A stretch of DNA of 64,000 nucleotides from Felis catus. Its lineage: Eukaryota. The notes below the pieces were generated by a model. That model was not told the origin of the DNA. It worked only from the letters and a program-made list of their open reading frames with translations, and did not search any database. The stretch lies in the NCBI RefSeq assembly GCF_018350175.1, contig NC_058368.1, positions 109,246,001 through 109,310,000 on the forward strand. Reading direction: 5' to 3'. The position numbers and the translations under genes are program-made. Every line of letters begins with the position of its first letter. Position 1 is the stretch's first letter. Of this stretch, positions 1 through 13,612 are shown piece by piece.

Positions 1-248
1 ATACAAACTAACCTGTAATAACAGAAAATTGAGCAGTGATTACCTCGGGGTGGGGAGGTGAGGAGGACCTGAGGAGGGGATTACTAAGTGGTGTGAGGAA
101 ACTTTGGGGGCTGATTGATCTGTTCACTCTCTTGATTGTGGTAATGGTTTCACGGGTGCATGCATATTCCAAACTTAATAAATTGTACATCTTAAGTCCA
201 GTTTCTCCTATGTTAACTATATCTCAGTAAAGCTGTAAAATAAAATAC
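1..248 (+). mobile_element. Ancient L1 (L1MC/ME-type) 3' end
   Basis: Typical old L1 3'UTR phrases (cttgattgtggtaatggtttcacgggtg ... tatctcagtaaagctg) followed by an A-rich end. Confidence 0.7.
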
Positions 249-539
249 CTTGGTGCCCTGGAAAAGCACAGGATCCATTGACAAAGAAATTGACAGTCTT
301 GTAACCCAGAGTTACATGAACAGAAGCTGTGGGATCCAAAGCTGGAACTCCCCCCCACCCAGCTGTGAAACCCTCCCATGGCTAGTTAGTGTGAACACTG
401 TTTTAACATTTACATGCACACCCTGAGTTACAGAAAACATATGGCCGGCTCATGTTAAGGCTGAGCATTTGAAGAAACTTTCTGCTCTTTTCCCAATGCT
501 CTCCTAGCATTTAATCTTTGGTCTTCATGGTGTATCCCA

Positions 540-650
540 ACCTACCATTCACAAACTGTGTGGCCTTGGACAAGTTACTTGGCCTCTCGAATCCTCACTC
601 TTCCTGAGCATCTGTGAAACACCAGAGTCGGTGTGAGGAGTGGATGACAT
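540..650 (+). mobile_element. MIR fragment
   Basis: ctgtgtggccttggacaagttactt...catctgtgaaa resembles the MIR core. Confidence 0.65.
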
Positions 651-2797
651 CAAGGCTGCAAAATAACAACGTGTCACCAACTAACAGAGGATACTTCTGG
701 GAAGATTTTGTCTTATACCTGTAGGAATATGGCATCATACATGTAACACTTTTGATGCTGAAAAGAGTGAGAGACAGAAAACTGCAACTCTGGGTCAGGA
801 TACCACAGTCCTAAATATGGCTGGGAACCTTCCCATCCTACTTACTATCTAGAGCCAAGAGAGAGCCCCATTTCAGTTCACAGATGGGGCCATGAGAGAC
901 TCAAAGAGCTCATTGATGGCAGAGCTGGGACTCCTGACACCTAGCCCAGTTCTCTGACAGCAAGAGTAGATATTTGGGACCAAGGCCAGAGGGGAACCAG
1001 AGAAATTGTTGCCTGGGGGCTAGAAGTGAGAGAATAGGGGAGGTAGTTGAGTGGGAAGCTGTTTTAAGAGCCATAGCCTGCTGCAGTCTAAGAGCAGGGG
1101 GAGAAGGTAGGAGGGAGTGAATGGGCCGCACTGATTACACTCATTCACTTCTCCATCTGATATTTATGGATTTCCAGCACCATGCTGGAAACTAAGGGAT
1201 GAGGAGATAAAAAGTGACATTTTGACACAGTTCTAATTCTGCCATGCATTTGGTCCCAAACTATTGGCCAAACACCGTCGTCACCTGGGTTTGTTCTTGC
1301 TGCCCATTGGGCCAGTGTTTAGGGTGAGGAGGAAGAAACTTTGAGACGCCAAGTGGCCAAGAGAAGGACTTGAGACCAAGAATGGATGCTGTCTAGATCC
1401 AGGCCTTCCAAGCTCCAGATGTCACCTGACATCTCTCCTTGATTGGACTCAGGCTATTACTGACAGTCAACTGGGTAGACACCCATAAATTAATGGCTCC
1501 TGTGCAGAAAACAGAACTCAGTCCAAACACTTGGGTCTGTCCTTACTGGGTAGATGGGCTGCTGGGTGGATAAGGTTGGGCAGGCTGGTGATTTGCCTCT
1601 GAGGTTCCGCAGTCCAGTCTCAACATTTGTCAGCCACCAGAGAGCGGTGTTGGGGCATGCCCAAGCCCCAGAAAACTGTGTCTCTCAGCCAGAGGATAGC
1701 AAACAGAGCTTGGCTTCCTCCAGCCCAGAATTCATTTGTTTTTCTGATACGTTTTAATCACCTTAAACTCATAAAGCCACTGTGTGTACAAGAGTTTCAA
1801 AGGCAGCCTTGCAGCCTGTTCCCGAATCCCGCTTTAGTACGAATCCTTGGGGAAATACCTGGAACAGCCAGTAGAGGGGGATGGAGAGCTGAGATCACGG
1901 ATCCCTAGGCGAACAGCAAGCTGAGGCCACAAAAGGGCTACAGAAATTGCTCTGTATTAGAAATGGACTGGAATTGGGTGAGGAGGAAGGAGTGGGCAAG
2001 GTGGCATAAGGTTGGAGACAAAAGGAATGCAAAATGGAGTGAAGAGGAAAATCCTCCTCAGTGGTGTGGCCATAGGACTTCAAAAAACGGGAACACTAGT
2101 GTTTAGTTTGAGATTCCTTCTGCCACAGAGGAATCTATATAGCTGCTCAGCTTTCTCTGTGGCCAGGACTCAATGGAAAGGGCTGCATTCTGTTGGTGTG
2201 CAGAACAGGAGCAACTCTGGGAGAACGTCTGGATGAACAACATCGCAGGAGCAGGGACACAGAGGTGGTCATGGGAACACAAGCCCCTGGAGATGTGCAG
2301 CCACCTTGGCAAAGCCTTTGGGCAGGCACAGGGACAGAGATGAGTTCAGCCTGCTCTTTCAGGTCTCAGAAGCCTGGAAGAGCCCTGCTTACATAGGAGT
2401 TATATGAGAGGGCTCCAAGACCATGACACAGAAGGTGTGGGGGAAGGAAGCCAGGAGCCCAGGTCCAGGGGTCCCCTACCACCTGCAGAGAGAATGGAAA
2501 TCTAAGAGGTTGAGGGCTTTTCCTGCAGAAAGTGGAATTCAGGTATGGATCCTAAAGGAAGAGAAGGAGCTGCAGGGGTGAGAAAAGGCAGATCAGGTGT
2601 CCACGACAAGCCCTGCTTGATGGGATCCTACCTCCTCCAGCTCATCCCACACCTCTACACATCACACACAGACCCAAGTTCAAGCCATGAACCCTAGAGC
2701 AAAGCCTAAGCCTCCTAATGTATTTGCCATATTAAACATTAACACCTCATCTCTTTCCACGTGGTTGCAAGAGTTCTTTTAAGAACATAAGTGAGAT

Positions 2798-5304
2798 CCA
2801 ATGCTAATATCATCCTCAATGGGGAAAAACTGAGAGCTTTCCCCCTAAGGTCAGGAACAAGACAGGGATGTCCACTCTCACCACTGTTATTCAACACAGT
2901 ATTGGAAGTCTTAGCCTCTGCAGTCAAACAACACAAAGAAATAAAAGGCATCCAAATCAGCCAAGAGGAGGTCAAACTTTCACTCTTCGCAGATGACTTT
3001 GGCTCTTCGCAGATGACATGATACTCTATATGGAAAACCCAAAAGATTTCACCAAAAAACTGCTAGAATTGACTCATGAATTCAGCAAAGTTGCAGGATA
3101 TAAAATCAATGCACAGAAATCGGTTGCATTCCTATACACCAACAATGAAGCGACAGAAAGAGAAATCAAAGAATCGATCCCATTTACAGTTGCACAAAAA
3201 AACCCATAAAATACCTAGGAATAAATCTAACCAAAGAGGAGAAAAATCTATACACTGAAAAGTATAGAAAGCTTATGAAAGAAATTGAGGAAGACATTAA
3301 AAAATGGAAAAAGATTCCATGCTCCTGGATAGGAAGAACAAATATTGTTAAAATGTCGACACTACCCAAAGCAATCTACATATTCAGCGTGATCCCTATC
3401 AAAGTAACACCAGCATCGTTCACAGAGCTAGAATAATCCTAAAATTTGTATGGAACCAGAAAAGACCCCAAATAGCCAAAGCGATCTTGAAAAAGAAAAC
3501 CAAAGCAGGAGGCATCACAATCCCAGACTTCAAGCTATATTACCAAGCTGTATTCATCAAGACAGTGTGGTACTGGCACAAGAACAGACACTCAGATCAA
3601 TGGAACAGAATAGAGAACCCGGAAATGGACCCATAAACGTATGGCCAACTAATCTTTGACAAAGCAGGAAAGAATATCCAATGGAATAAAGACAGTCTCT
3701 TCAGCAAGTGGTGCTGGGAAAACTGGACAGCGACATGCAGAAGAATGAACGTGGACCACTTTCTTACACCATACACAAAAATAAACTCAAAATGGATGAA
3801 AAACCTAAATGTAAGACAGGAAACCATCAAAATCCTCGAGGAGAAAGCAGGCAAAAACCTCTTTGATCTTGCCCGCAGCAACTTCTTAATCAACATGTCT
3901 CCGGAGGCAAGGGAAACAAAAGCAAAAATGAACTAGTGGGACCTCATCAAAATAAATAAGCTTCTGCACAGCGAAGGAAACAATCAGCAAAACTAAAAGG
4001 CAACCGACAGAATGGGAGAAGATATTTGCAAATGACATATCAGATAAACAGTATCCAAAATCTACAAAGAATTTATCAAACTCAACACCCAAAAAAAAAA
4101 AAAAAACATAATCCAGTGAAGAAATGGGCAAAAGACATGAATAGACACTTCTCCAAAGAAGACATCCAGATGGCCAACTGACACATGAAAAAAAGCTCAA
4201 CATCACTCATCATCAGGGAAATACAACTCAAAACCACAATGAGATGTCACCTTACACCTGTCAGAATGGCTAACATTAACAACTCAGGGAACAACAGATG
4301 TTGGCGAGGATGCGGAGAAAGAGGATCTCTTTTGCATTGTTGGTTGGAATGCAAGCTGGTGCAGTCACTCTGGAAAACAGTATGGAGGTTCCTCAAAAAA
4401 CTAAAAATAGAACTACCCTATGACCCAGCAATTGCACTACTAGGCATTTATCCAAGGGATACAGGTGTGCCGTTTCGAAGGGACACATGCACCCCCATGT
4501 TTATAGCAGCATTATCAACAATAGCCAAGGTATGGAAAGAGCCCAAATGTCCATCAATGGAGGAATGGATAAAGAAGATGTGGTATAGGGGTGCCTGGGT
4601 GGCTCAGTTGGTTAAGGTCCGACTTCGGCTCAGGTCATGATCTCACGGTTCATGGGTTTGAGCCCCACATCAGGCTCTGTGCTGACAGCTCAGAGCCTGG
4701 AGCCTGTTTCAGATTCTGTGTCTCCCTCTCTCTCTGCCCCTCCCCCACTCACGCTCTGTCTCCCTCTGTCTCAAAAATAAACATTAAAAAACAAAAAAGA
4801 AGATGTGGTATATATATATACAATTGAGTATTACTCGGCAATCAAAAAGAATGAAATCTTGCCATTTGCAACTACATGGATGGAACTGGAGGGTATTATG
4901 CTAAGTGAAATTAGTCAGAGAAAGACAAAAATCATATGACTTCACTCATATGAGGACTTTAAGAGACAAAACAGATGAACATAAGCGAATGGAAACAAAA
5001 ATAATATAAAAACAGGGAGGGGGACAAAACAGAAGAGACTCATAAATATGGAGAACAAACTGAGGGTTACGGGAGGGGTTTTGGGAGGGAGGATGGGCTA
5101 AATGGGTAAGGGGCACTAAGGAATCTACTCCTGAAATCATTGTTGCACTATATGCTAACTAATTTGGATATAAATTTTAAAAAAATAAAAAATAAAACAA
5201 GTTAATAAAAAAAGAAAATTAAAAAAACAAAAAAAACAAAACAAAGTAGATTTTAAAGAAAATAACAAAAGCAATAAATAAAGGTATTCCATAAAAAAAA
5301 AAAA
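2798..5304 (+). mobile_element. 5'-truncated young felid L1 (ORF2 RT and C-terminal domains, 3'UTR, poly(A))
   Basis: ORF fragments [21 protein letters not shown] and [15 protein letters not shown], with frameshifts. TSD AAGAACATAAGT(G/C)AGAT at 2781-97 and 5305-21, preceded by TTTT. Confidence 0.97.
4588..4795 (+). mobile_element. Can-SINE nested in the L1
   Basis: GGGGTGCCTGGGTGGCTCAG head, CT-rich stretch, A tail; TSD AAAGAAGATGTGGTATA at 4571-87 and 4796-4812. Confidence 0.97.
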
Positions 5305-5832
5305 AAGAACATAAGTCAGATAATGTCCCTCCTCTGCTTTAAACCTTCAGTGACTTCCCATTACTTGAAGAAATGCAGAGTCCTCTCTCTGGCCTGTGTG
5401 GGCTGTCCCTTCCCTCCCTAGCTTCGTTTCCTGCCCCTCAACTAATGTGCTTCAGCCACCTGTGTCTTCCTACTGTTTCTCAACCACATCAGGTTGATCC
5501 CCACTTTAGGACGTTCACCCTTCTGTTTAGCTGTGTCTTCCCCCCAGATTTCACAAATCAGCTTCTTTATATCAGTTAGCTCTCAAATGTCACCTTCTCA
5601 GAGAGGTCTTCCCTGACATGTAAGTGGCTGTTGCTCCCCAGTCTGCCTCTGTCACATGATTCTCTAGTCCTCTGCACTACGTGAAATGGCCTTTGCTTAT
5701 CCAGTGACTCCTCCACTATGATCTAAGCACCTTGAGGGCAAGACTTTGCCTGTCATCTTTACTAATAATCCTTAGTGCTTGTCACAGTGCCTGGCACATA
5801 GAGGTGCTCAGTAAATAATTTTTGAAAGAATT
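5305..5832 (+). mobile_element. L2 3' region (the host of the L1 above)
   Basis: cataagtcagataatgtccctcctctgctttaaacc... ending gtgcctggcacatagaggtgctcagtaaata, typical of the L2 3' end. Confidence 0.75.
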
Positions 5833-7118
5833 CAGTGTCCAATCAACCCTATTTAATAAGTTTGATTATCACTTCCAATTTATAAGAGGAAACCAAGGCC
5901 TAGAAAGGTTAGTTTAATTTGCCCAAAGTATAGGCAGTTCAGGCAAAATCTGAACTCAGTCAGCCTGACTTTTGTGCTTATGCCTTGACATTGGATTATT
6001 TTACCTCTACCTTTGTCTGTTCCTTCCTGGATAGCGCTTAACACAATTTATAGTTGTTTTGCTTGTTTGTGGTCTGTCCCCTCTGCTGGCCTCATTCTTC
6101 TAGAAGAAGGCCAGGTCCTGTCCACTGCATTTTTGCCAATGCTTATACCAGTACCTGACTCATTGCAGGTGCTCTGTGTTTGCTGGCTGAATGGATAAAC
6201 ACTAAGTGAACAGACAGGTGAGGGATAAATGTGAAGGACCGTGAGCATGCCAGTGGCGGTGGGTTTTCCCAGGCCCTGGCCGGAGCACAGTGCCCAGAGC
6301 CCAGCAGTGCCTGGGCAAAGGGATCCGCTGAGAAGTTGCCTCTTGCTGTTGTAGAAGGCATCTTTCGGGGCAGATGGTAGTCTTGCTCCCTCTTATGGCG
6401 AGGGTCACCTGCTCTGTGAATCTTCAAACTTGGGGTGATTCCCCAACGAGGGGCCTGGGTTTGGCCTTTGCTCCTGACCACTGCCGGGAGTCCAGTCTGT
6501 CTAGTAGGGTGACGCCCAGGGTTCTGAGTGGATCTGTGGAAACAGCTTCTTTTCCACCCATTACATTATGTCAGCACCTTTTTCAGCTTCTGAGAAACAG
6601 GAAGCACCATGATGTGTGGTGGGGTTTGAAAGGATGATAAGAGACATAATCACATTTCTTTGGTTTAAGCATGGAGGGCTGGGGTTCCTGTTTGCTCTGA
6701 CTCTAACACATCAACTTTTCCCTTTAGCCAGAATTTTGGATGATGAGGACTGTGTGGAAAATATGCTTTATGGGGGGAGGGGGGAAAGAGCAAGGGGATA
6801 AGAGTTTTTTAAATTATTGTTATGAGGCGTCATATGTACAAAAACCTGTACATACACGTACAGTTTAAAACATAACAAAACAAAGCAATCCTTGTGCCCA
6901 CCACCCCATCCCTGAGAAGGTGACTTTTCCATAGTTTCTCACTCCCTCCCCACTAGAGGTAGCCACTATCTTGATTTTTATGGTTAATCATTTCTTGGCT
7001 ATTCTTTATGGTTTTATCACATACGTAAATATCCTCAAATTATGTATTATTTTGTTTTACCCTTTTTTGACCTTTTTATAAAGGGAATCATGTTGGATAT
7101 ATTTAAGACTTGCTTTTA

Positions 7119-7652
7119 GGGGCACCTGGGTGGCTCAGCTGGTTAGGCATCCAGCTTCCGCTCAGGTCATGATCTTTCAGTTTGTGTGTTCAAGCCCTGC
7201 ATCAGGCTCTGTGCTGACAGCTCAGAGCCTGGAGCCTGCTTCAAATTCTGTGTCTCCTTCCCTCTCTGCCCCTCCCCTGCTCACGCTCTGTCTGTCTCTC
7301 TCTCTGTCTCAAAAATAAATAAACATTAAAAAAAAAATTTTTTTTAAATGGTGATGCTAGAAGGACGTTAGCTAAATACCAAGGAAATCTGAATAAGGCA
7401 CAGACTTTAATTAATAATAATGTATCAGTGGAGTGCCTGGGAGGCTCAATCAGTTAAGCGTCTGACTTTGACTCAGGTCATGATCTCGCAGTATGAGAGT
7501 TCGAGGTCCAGGTTGGGCTCTGTGCTGACAGCTCAGAGCCTAGAGCCTGCTTCAGATTATGTGTGTCTCCCCTCTCTCTCTGCCCCTCCCCCGCTCACTC
7601 TCTGTCTCTCAAAAATGAATAAACATTAAAAAAATTTTTTTAAGGAGAAAAC
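7119..7652 (+). mobile_element. Two Can-SINEs (7119-7340, 7430-7652) within old L1 fragments
   Basis: SINE heads and tails present; the second has TSD AATAATAATGTATCAGT at 7413-29 and 7653-69. Confidence 0.92.
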
Positions 7653-8439
7653 AATAATAATGTATCAGTATTGGTTCACTAATGTGACAAATGTACCATC
7701 TGGTTGTGAGATGTTAATAATAGGCGAAATTGAATGTGGAATACATGGGAATGCTGCACTCTCTTCAGAATTTTTCTGTAAATCTAAAATTACTCTAAAA
7801 TAAAAAAATTGTTAAATAAAACCTAATGCTATTATGCACATACTTGCTTAAATCTCTTAATGTCCACGTGCAAGAATTTCTTTAGAATATATACCAGATT
7901 GAAATTCTGGGTCATAGAGTACATGTGCCTTTAGTGTTATTAGACCCTTCATTTCAAAAGTACCAATTTTTACTGAACCACACAAGTTGTGTAAGAATTC
8001 CTTTTACTTAACATCCTGGGCAAGACTTGTAATATCTTGACTTTTTAAATTTTTGCCAGTCTGGTGGGTGTGAGATGCTATCTCATTGTGGTTTAATTTT
8101 GCATTTCCCTGACTACTAACAAGGTTGAACATCTCTCTATGTTTATTGGCCATCTGTGTTTCCTGTTCTGAGAATATGCTTATTCATGTCATTTACTTTT
8201 TTTTTTCTGGTGGGTTATTTATCTTTTTCTTATTGAAGACTTATCTTTTTCTTATTAAGAGGACTTTGTTACTCATTCTGAAAACTATTCCTTTGTCACT
8301 TACACATAATACAAATATATGTCCTAGCTTTTTTTTTTTTACTCAGTAAATTTGGTGAATATTGAATGTATATATCTTTTCATTAATAGTCTGTGCTTTG
8401 AGAGATTTATTTATGAAATCCTTTCATTTGTTCTGGAGA

Positions 8440-8898
8440 GTTCTTATTTATTCCTTCACATCCTCTTCTTTGGCCTTCTCTGTGTCCTGGGGGCAGGCTT
8501 GTCTGGACTATGTTAATGACTTCTTTCTCATGTGCTCCCCATTGAGTTTGACCATGAGGAGCACTGACAGGCCATTAAAGGGCCTGAGCTAAGTGAAGTC
8601 AAGGTGTTTGTCTTCCCAGCTCTCTCCTTGCAAGGTTACTGCAGGTTAGCTATGTCCCTTGATTGAGGGTCCTGTTTCCTGCTGGTGGCCCTTTCCACAC
8701 AGTCGGCTGTATCTCAGAGTTTCACCAACTATTTCCACTCCTTTCACAGCTCCTGTTAGCGGCCCCAGAGGACTGCATTTTCCCTCATGTTTTCCCTGCA
8801 TCCTTTTCCCACTGTTATAATGGTCCCATTATTAAATAAACTTTCCTCAAGTTACCCAGTTTCCTGGGAGACTTTCAGCTGTTTTCTGCTGGATATAC
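8440..8898 (+). mobile_element. ERVL solo LTR (LTR33-like)
   Basis: Resembles the LTR33 consensus from memory (gtcaaggtgtttgtcttcccagctctctcc ... ataaactttcctcaagttacccagttt). Confidence 0.65.
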
Positions 8899-8929
8899 TC
8901 ATCCCAAGGTCATATTTTCTTCTTAATTA

Positions 8930-9028
8930 ATTAATTAATTTTTAAAGTAGGCTCCACACCCAAAGTGGGGTTTGAACTCACATGTTCAAGAGACCAAGAG
9001 TCACACACTCTATTGACTGAACCAGCCA

Positions 9029-9066
<38 letters not shown>

Positions 9067-9295
9067 TTATAATAATCTTTTTAATGTTTATTTATTTATT
9101 TTTGAGATTGAGAGAGAGAGTGCCAATGAGAGCTCTAGGGAGGGGCAGAGAGAGAGAGGGAGAGACAGAATCTGAAGCAGGCTCCAGGCTCTGAGCTGTC
9201 GCACAGAGCCTGACGTGGGGCTCAAACTCAGGGACTGTGAGACTGTGACCCAAGCTGAAGTCAGACACTTAACTGACTAGCCACTTGGCTGCCTC
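8930..9295 (-). mobile_element. Short Can-SINE (8930-9033), (CT)n, and Can-SINE (9077-9295)
   Basis: Reverse-complement SINE bodies with T-rich tails. Confidence 0.9.
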
Positions 9296-9345
9296 ACCAC
9301 TCTTTCTTTTAATTATTAGTTATTTTTTGGTCTATGTCCCTACTC

Positions 9346-9564
9346 TGCGATTTCTCCCCCTTGGCACTGCTGACATTTTATATGGGATAATTCTTTGCTG
9401 TGGAAGCTATCCTGTGTCATTTAGGGTGTTTAGTAGCATCCCTGGCCTCTGAACACTACATCATGGCATTAGACTCTTTCTTCTCTCAAGCTGTAGCAAC
9501 CAAAACTTGCCCAAATGTTCTCAGGGCAGGGGTGGAAGGTGGAAATCGCTGTTGAGAACCACTA
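9346..9564. mobile_element. MER20-like hAT DNA transposon
   Basis: ggcactgctgacatttt...gggataattctttgctgtgg...tttagtagcatccctggcctct...gttgagaaccact. Confidence 0.75.
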
Positions 9565-10029
9565 CTCTACCCTATGTCAAGATCACACTGACCTAATTAT
9601 TAAGGCTTGATATTTCATGGGGCAAGATCTCCCACTTTGATCTCCTTCTTTAGGATTGCATTGACTATTCTTGGACCCTCCATGTACATTCTTAGAATCA
9701 GCTATGTAAGTACCATGAAAAAATTGTTGGGATTTTGATAGAATTTTCGCTGAATTTATAGATCAGGATCCGAACTATGGTATTGATTTTTCATATCCAT
9801 GGTGACAGCAGGTCTCTGTGGTTGTTAAGATCCTTTTAAAATTATTTCAATAAAGCTTCAAATTAACTTTCAGTAAAGTTTTTCATATTTGGCAGATTTA
9901 TTCTCTGGCACCTTATGTTTTTTGTAAGTATTACAAATGATATCTTCTTTAAGATTATATTTCTATTTGTTGGTGATGTGTAACAATGTAATTGATTCTG
10001 TATATTGGTCCAGAGATTTGCTACATTCT

Positions 10030-10051
10030 TCTTTTAAGTTTATTTATTTAT

Positions 10052-10083
<32 letters not shown>

Positions 10084-11245
10084 CAGGGGAGGGACAGAGA
10101 AAGAGGGAGAGAGAGAATCCCAAGTAGCCCCCACACTGAGCTGTCAGTGAAGAGCCCAACGTGGGGCTCGAGCTCACGAATGACAAGGTCATGACTTGAG
10201 CTCAAATCAGAGTCGGGCACTTAACAGACTGAGCCTCCCAGGTTTCCCTAAAGTCTTATTCCTTATAATGATTTGAGGTTTTTATTTTGGGTTTTATTTA
10301 TGTCATTGTTTTGGGTTTTTTTTTTTTGTCATTTTGCATCATCTATATACATATATGCAGATATTTGTGTATATACATGAATTTTGTTTCTTTTGTTACA
10401 ATCCTCATATTTATCAGTACTAGTTATAATCTTGTTGCAAAGACCAGTACCTGCAGTCACATTTTTTTTTAAATTTTTTTTTTCAACGTTTATTTATTTT
10501 TGGGACAGAGAGAGACAGAGCATGAACGGGGGAGGGGCAGAGAGAGAGGGAGACACAGAATCGGAAACAGGCTCCAGGCTCTGAGCCATCAGCCCAGAGC
10601 CCGACGTGGGGCTCGAACTCACGGACCGCGAGATCGTGACCTGGCTGAAGTCGGACGCTTAACCGACTGCGCCACCCTGGCGCCCCATGCATTCACATTT
10701 TTTAAAAGAAGTGGATTTAATATCCATGGCCACCATTAGCCCATATAAAGCCTTTGTGCAAACTGAGGGAAAAAAGAACCCTCTTCCTCAAGACCCTTTG
10801 CTTCCATCTGGTAGGAAACTATCATGATACGTATTCAAAGCCACAATGTCTATGAGGTAAGCGGAGCACCACTTACCACTGGGATTGTGCAGTGCACATG
10901 CAGTGGTCCTGCACATGTTCTTGCATTGTTCCTGCTTTTCAAGGAATGTTTTTAACATATTACCACTGAGCACAGTATTTTCTGTAAACTTATTGGATTA
11001 GAGAAGTTCCCTTTTGGGGCGCCTGGGTGGCTCAGTCCGTCGGTCATCCAACTTTGGCTCAAGTCATGATCTTGTGGTTCATGAGTTCGAGCACCACGTT
11101 GGGCTCTGTGCTGATAGCTCAGAGCCTGGAGCCTGCTTCGGATCCTGTGTCTCCCTTGCTGTCTGCCCCTCTCCCATTCATGTTCTCTTGCACTCTCTCT
11201 CTCAAAAATAAATAAATAAAAAAATAAAAAAACATTAAAAAAAAA
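10030..11245. mobile_element. Three Can-SINEs: 10030-10248 (-), 10462-10686 (-, young), 11015-11245 (+), in old antisense L1 debris
   Basis: SINE bodies present; the third has TSD AGAAGT(T/C)CCCTTT. Confidence 0.92.
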
Positions 11246-11784
11246 GAAGTCCCCTTTTAACTTTGCTAAAAGTAGTTATAATAAGTGGATATTAAATTTC
11301 AGTAATGCTTTTTGTGCATTGATATATGATTTATCTCTTTAATTGTTTAATGTGGTAAATTACAGTAATAGATTTTCTAATTTTGAATTCCTGGAGTAAA
11401 TTCAACTTAATTATTGTGTAATATCTTTTTATACATGCTGGGTTTGGATTGATAACATTTTCTTTACAGTTTTTACATCCAGGTTCCTGAGTATAGGATC
11501 ATAATTTTCTTTTTTATATCATCCCCCTCTGATTTTACTAATATATATTAGCTTCTCAAATGAGCTAGGAAATATTCTGGTTTTTTTTTTCTGTAAGAGT
11601 TTATATATGTTTGGAATTACACGTGACTTGAAAATTTGGGAGGACTCACCCATAAAACTGTCCAGTGTTTGTATATTCTTTGTAGGAATATTTTAAATGA
11701 TTAATTCAATTACTGTAATGGTTATAGAACACTCTATATTCTTGCATCAGTTTTTGGAATTTATATTTGTGTTGGACCCATGTT

Positions 11785-13574
11785 TGTGTGCCTTCTCAGA
11801 TTGTTTCCACTTCCTTCTTTCTCTCTCTTGGCTACCACTCCACTCACACCAAGTCATCCCTACACTTCCAGGCACAGATGAAATGTTACACTATGTGGAA
11901 TGGAATCTGGCCTCCAAGTGGCTGCCACTGGCCCAATAATGCAACAGAGGAAATTTTGACCATTGAGATATGGCAGAGAAAAGGGAGCCTGGCATATGAA
12001 TTCCCCTCTCCTTTGCCCTTTCTCTGCACTGTTCTAAGGTATACCTTCTTCTTTCAGCACTTCTGCAGAAATTCCTTGGGACAAGAAATCTCTCCCTGCA
12101 GAGAGATTTACTATGCTTACTCACGCCTTGGTGTGAAGTTGTGGCTAGTGCACTAATGTATCACATCACACTGCTGCACATCCTTCTTGCCTCAGTTCCC
12201 TTTCTTCCTCAACCTAACCAATACAGGCTTAGAACTCCCAAATTAGCAGTGTCTGGGTGTCTCAGTCAGTTGAGTGTCAGACTCTTGATTTCGGCTCAGG
12301 TCATGATCTCATGGTGTGTGGGATCAAGCCCCACATTGGGCTCTGCATTGAGCGTGTAGCCTGCTTGGAATTCTCTCTCTCTCCCTCTCTCTCTTTCTCT
12401 CTCTCTCTGCCCCCTCCCATTCTTTGTGCCTGTTCATGCACATGAGCACACTCTCTCTCTCTCTCTAATGATAAACTTAAAAAAGAAAAAACCTGCCACA
12501 TTAAGTGTCAGTACTTCAATGCTTTCCTCAGGCTCTGCTTTTCCCCAGCCTCACACCTGGGCTATGAACAGTTGGTATCAGATATAACATGTCCTTGGAA
12601 TGAAACTTTGAAGTTCAATTGCTCACTTCTCTAAAATGATAGGAACCTATTGCTGACACTAAGTAGAATGACAGTAACTTATAACATGCAGTGGCTTTGC
12701 AGTTTTTTAAGCTTTTAATTCTGCATAATTTGGATGAATGGCAGATGGAGAGCAAAGCAATGGAAGATGAAGTGGGTAGGATATACGGGAACTCTGTTCA
12801 TTATGAGTACAGAGCCCAGTGACTCTTCCGACAGCCCTGGAGATCTTACCAAAGGAGTGATAGGCTCAGAGCAATCTAATTCCAATTTAAGGTATGCTCT
12901 GAATGCTAGCAAACTTCGATGGCAACTTTAAAGGAAACCCCTGGAGCACATGCACCCCAATTATAGCAGTGTTATCAACCAATGGAATTTGTCAGAGAAA
13001 GACAAAGATATGATTTCACTTATATGTAGAATTTGAGAAACAAAACAGATGAACACAGGGGAAGGGAAGCAAAATTAAGATAAAATAGAGAGAGAGACAA
13101 ACCATAAGAGATACTTAAATACAGAGAACAAACTGAGGGTTGCTGTGGGGTGTTGGGTGGGGAGATGAGCTGAATGTGTGATGGGCATTAAGGAGGGCAC
13201 TTGTTGGGATGAGCATTGAGTGTTACATGTAAGTGATGATTCACTAAATTCTATTCCTGAGACCATGATTAACTGTATGTTAACTAACTTGGATTTAAAT
13301 TTTAAAAATAAATGAAAAATAAAGGGGACCCCTGGAGCACCTGCTGGCTCAGTTGGAAGAGCATGTGGCTTTTGATCTTGTGGTCATCAGTTCAAGCTCT
13401 GTGTTGGGTGTATAGATTACTTAAATAAATAAAACTTCAAAAAAATGAATAGAGACTCCTGGGTGCCTCAATCAGGTGAGCATCTGACTCTTGATTTTGG
13501 CTCAGGTCATGATCCCAGTGTCATGTTATCAAGTCCCAAGTTGGACTCCATGCCAAGCGTGGATCCTGCTTAAG

Positions 13575-13612
<38 letters not shown>

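Noticed and set aside
2791..4640. Reverse-transcriptase-like ORFs as a functional RT gene or novel RT system
   Set aside because: Frameshifted, 5'-truncated L1 ORF2 interrupted by a SINE.
10500..10739. Recurrent 'RETEHERGRGRERGRHRI' and 'AQSLEPASDSVSPSL' ORFs, here and at many other positions
   Set aside because: Translations of Can-SINE sequence, not a gene family.
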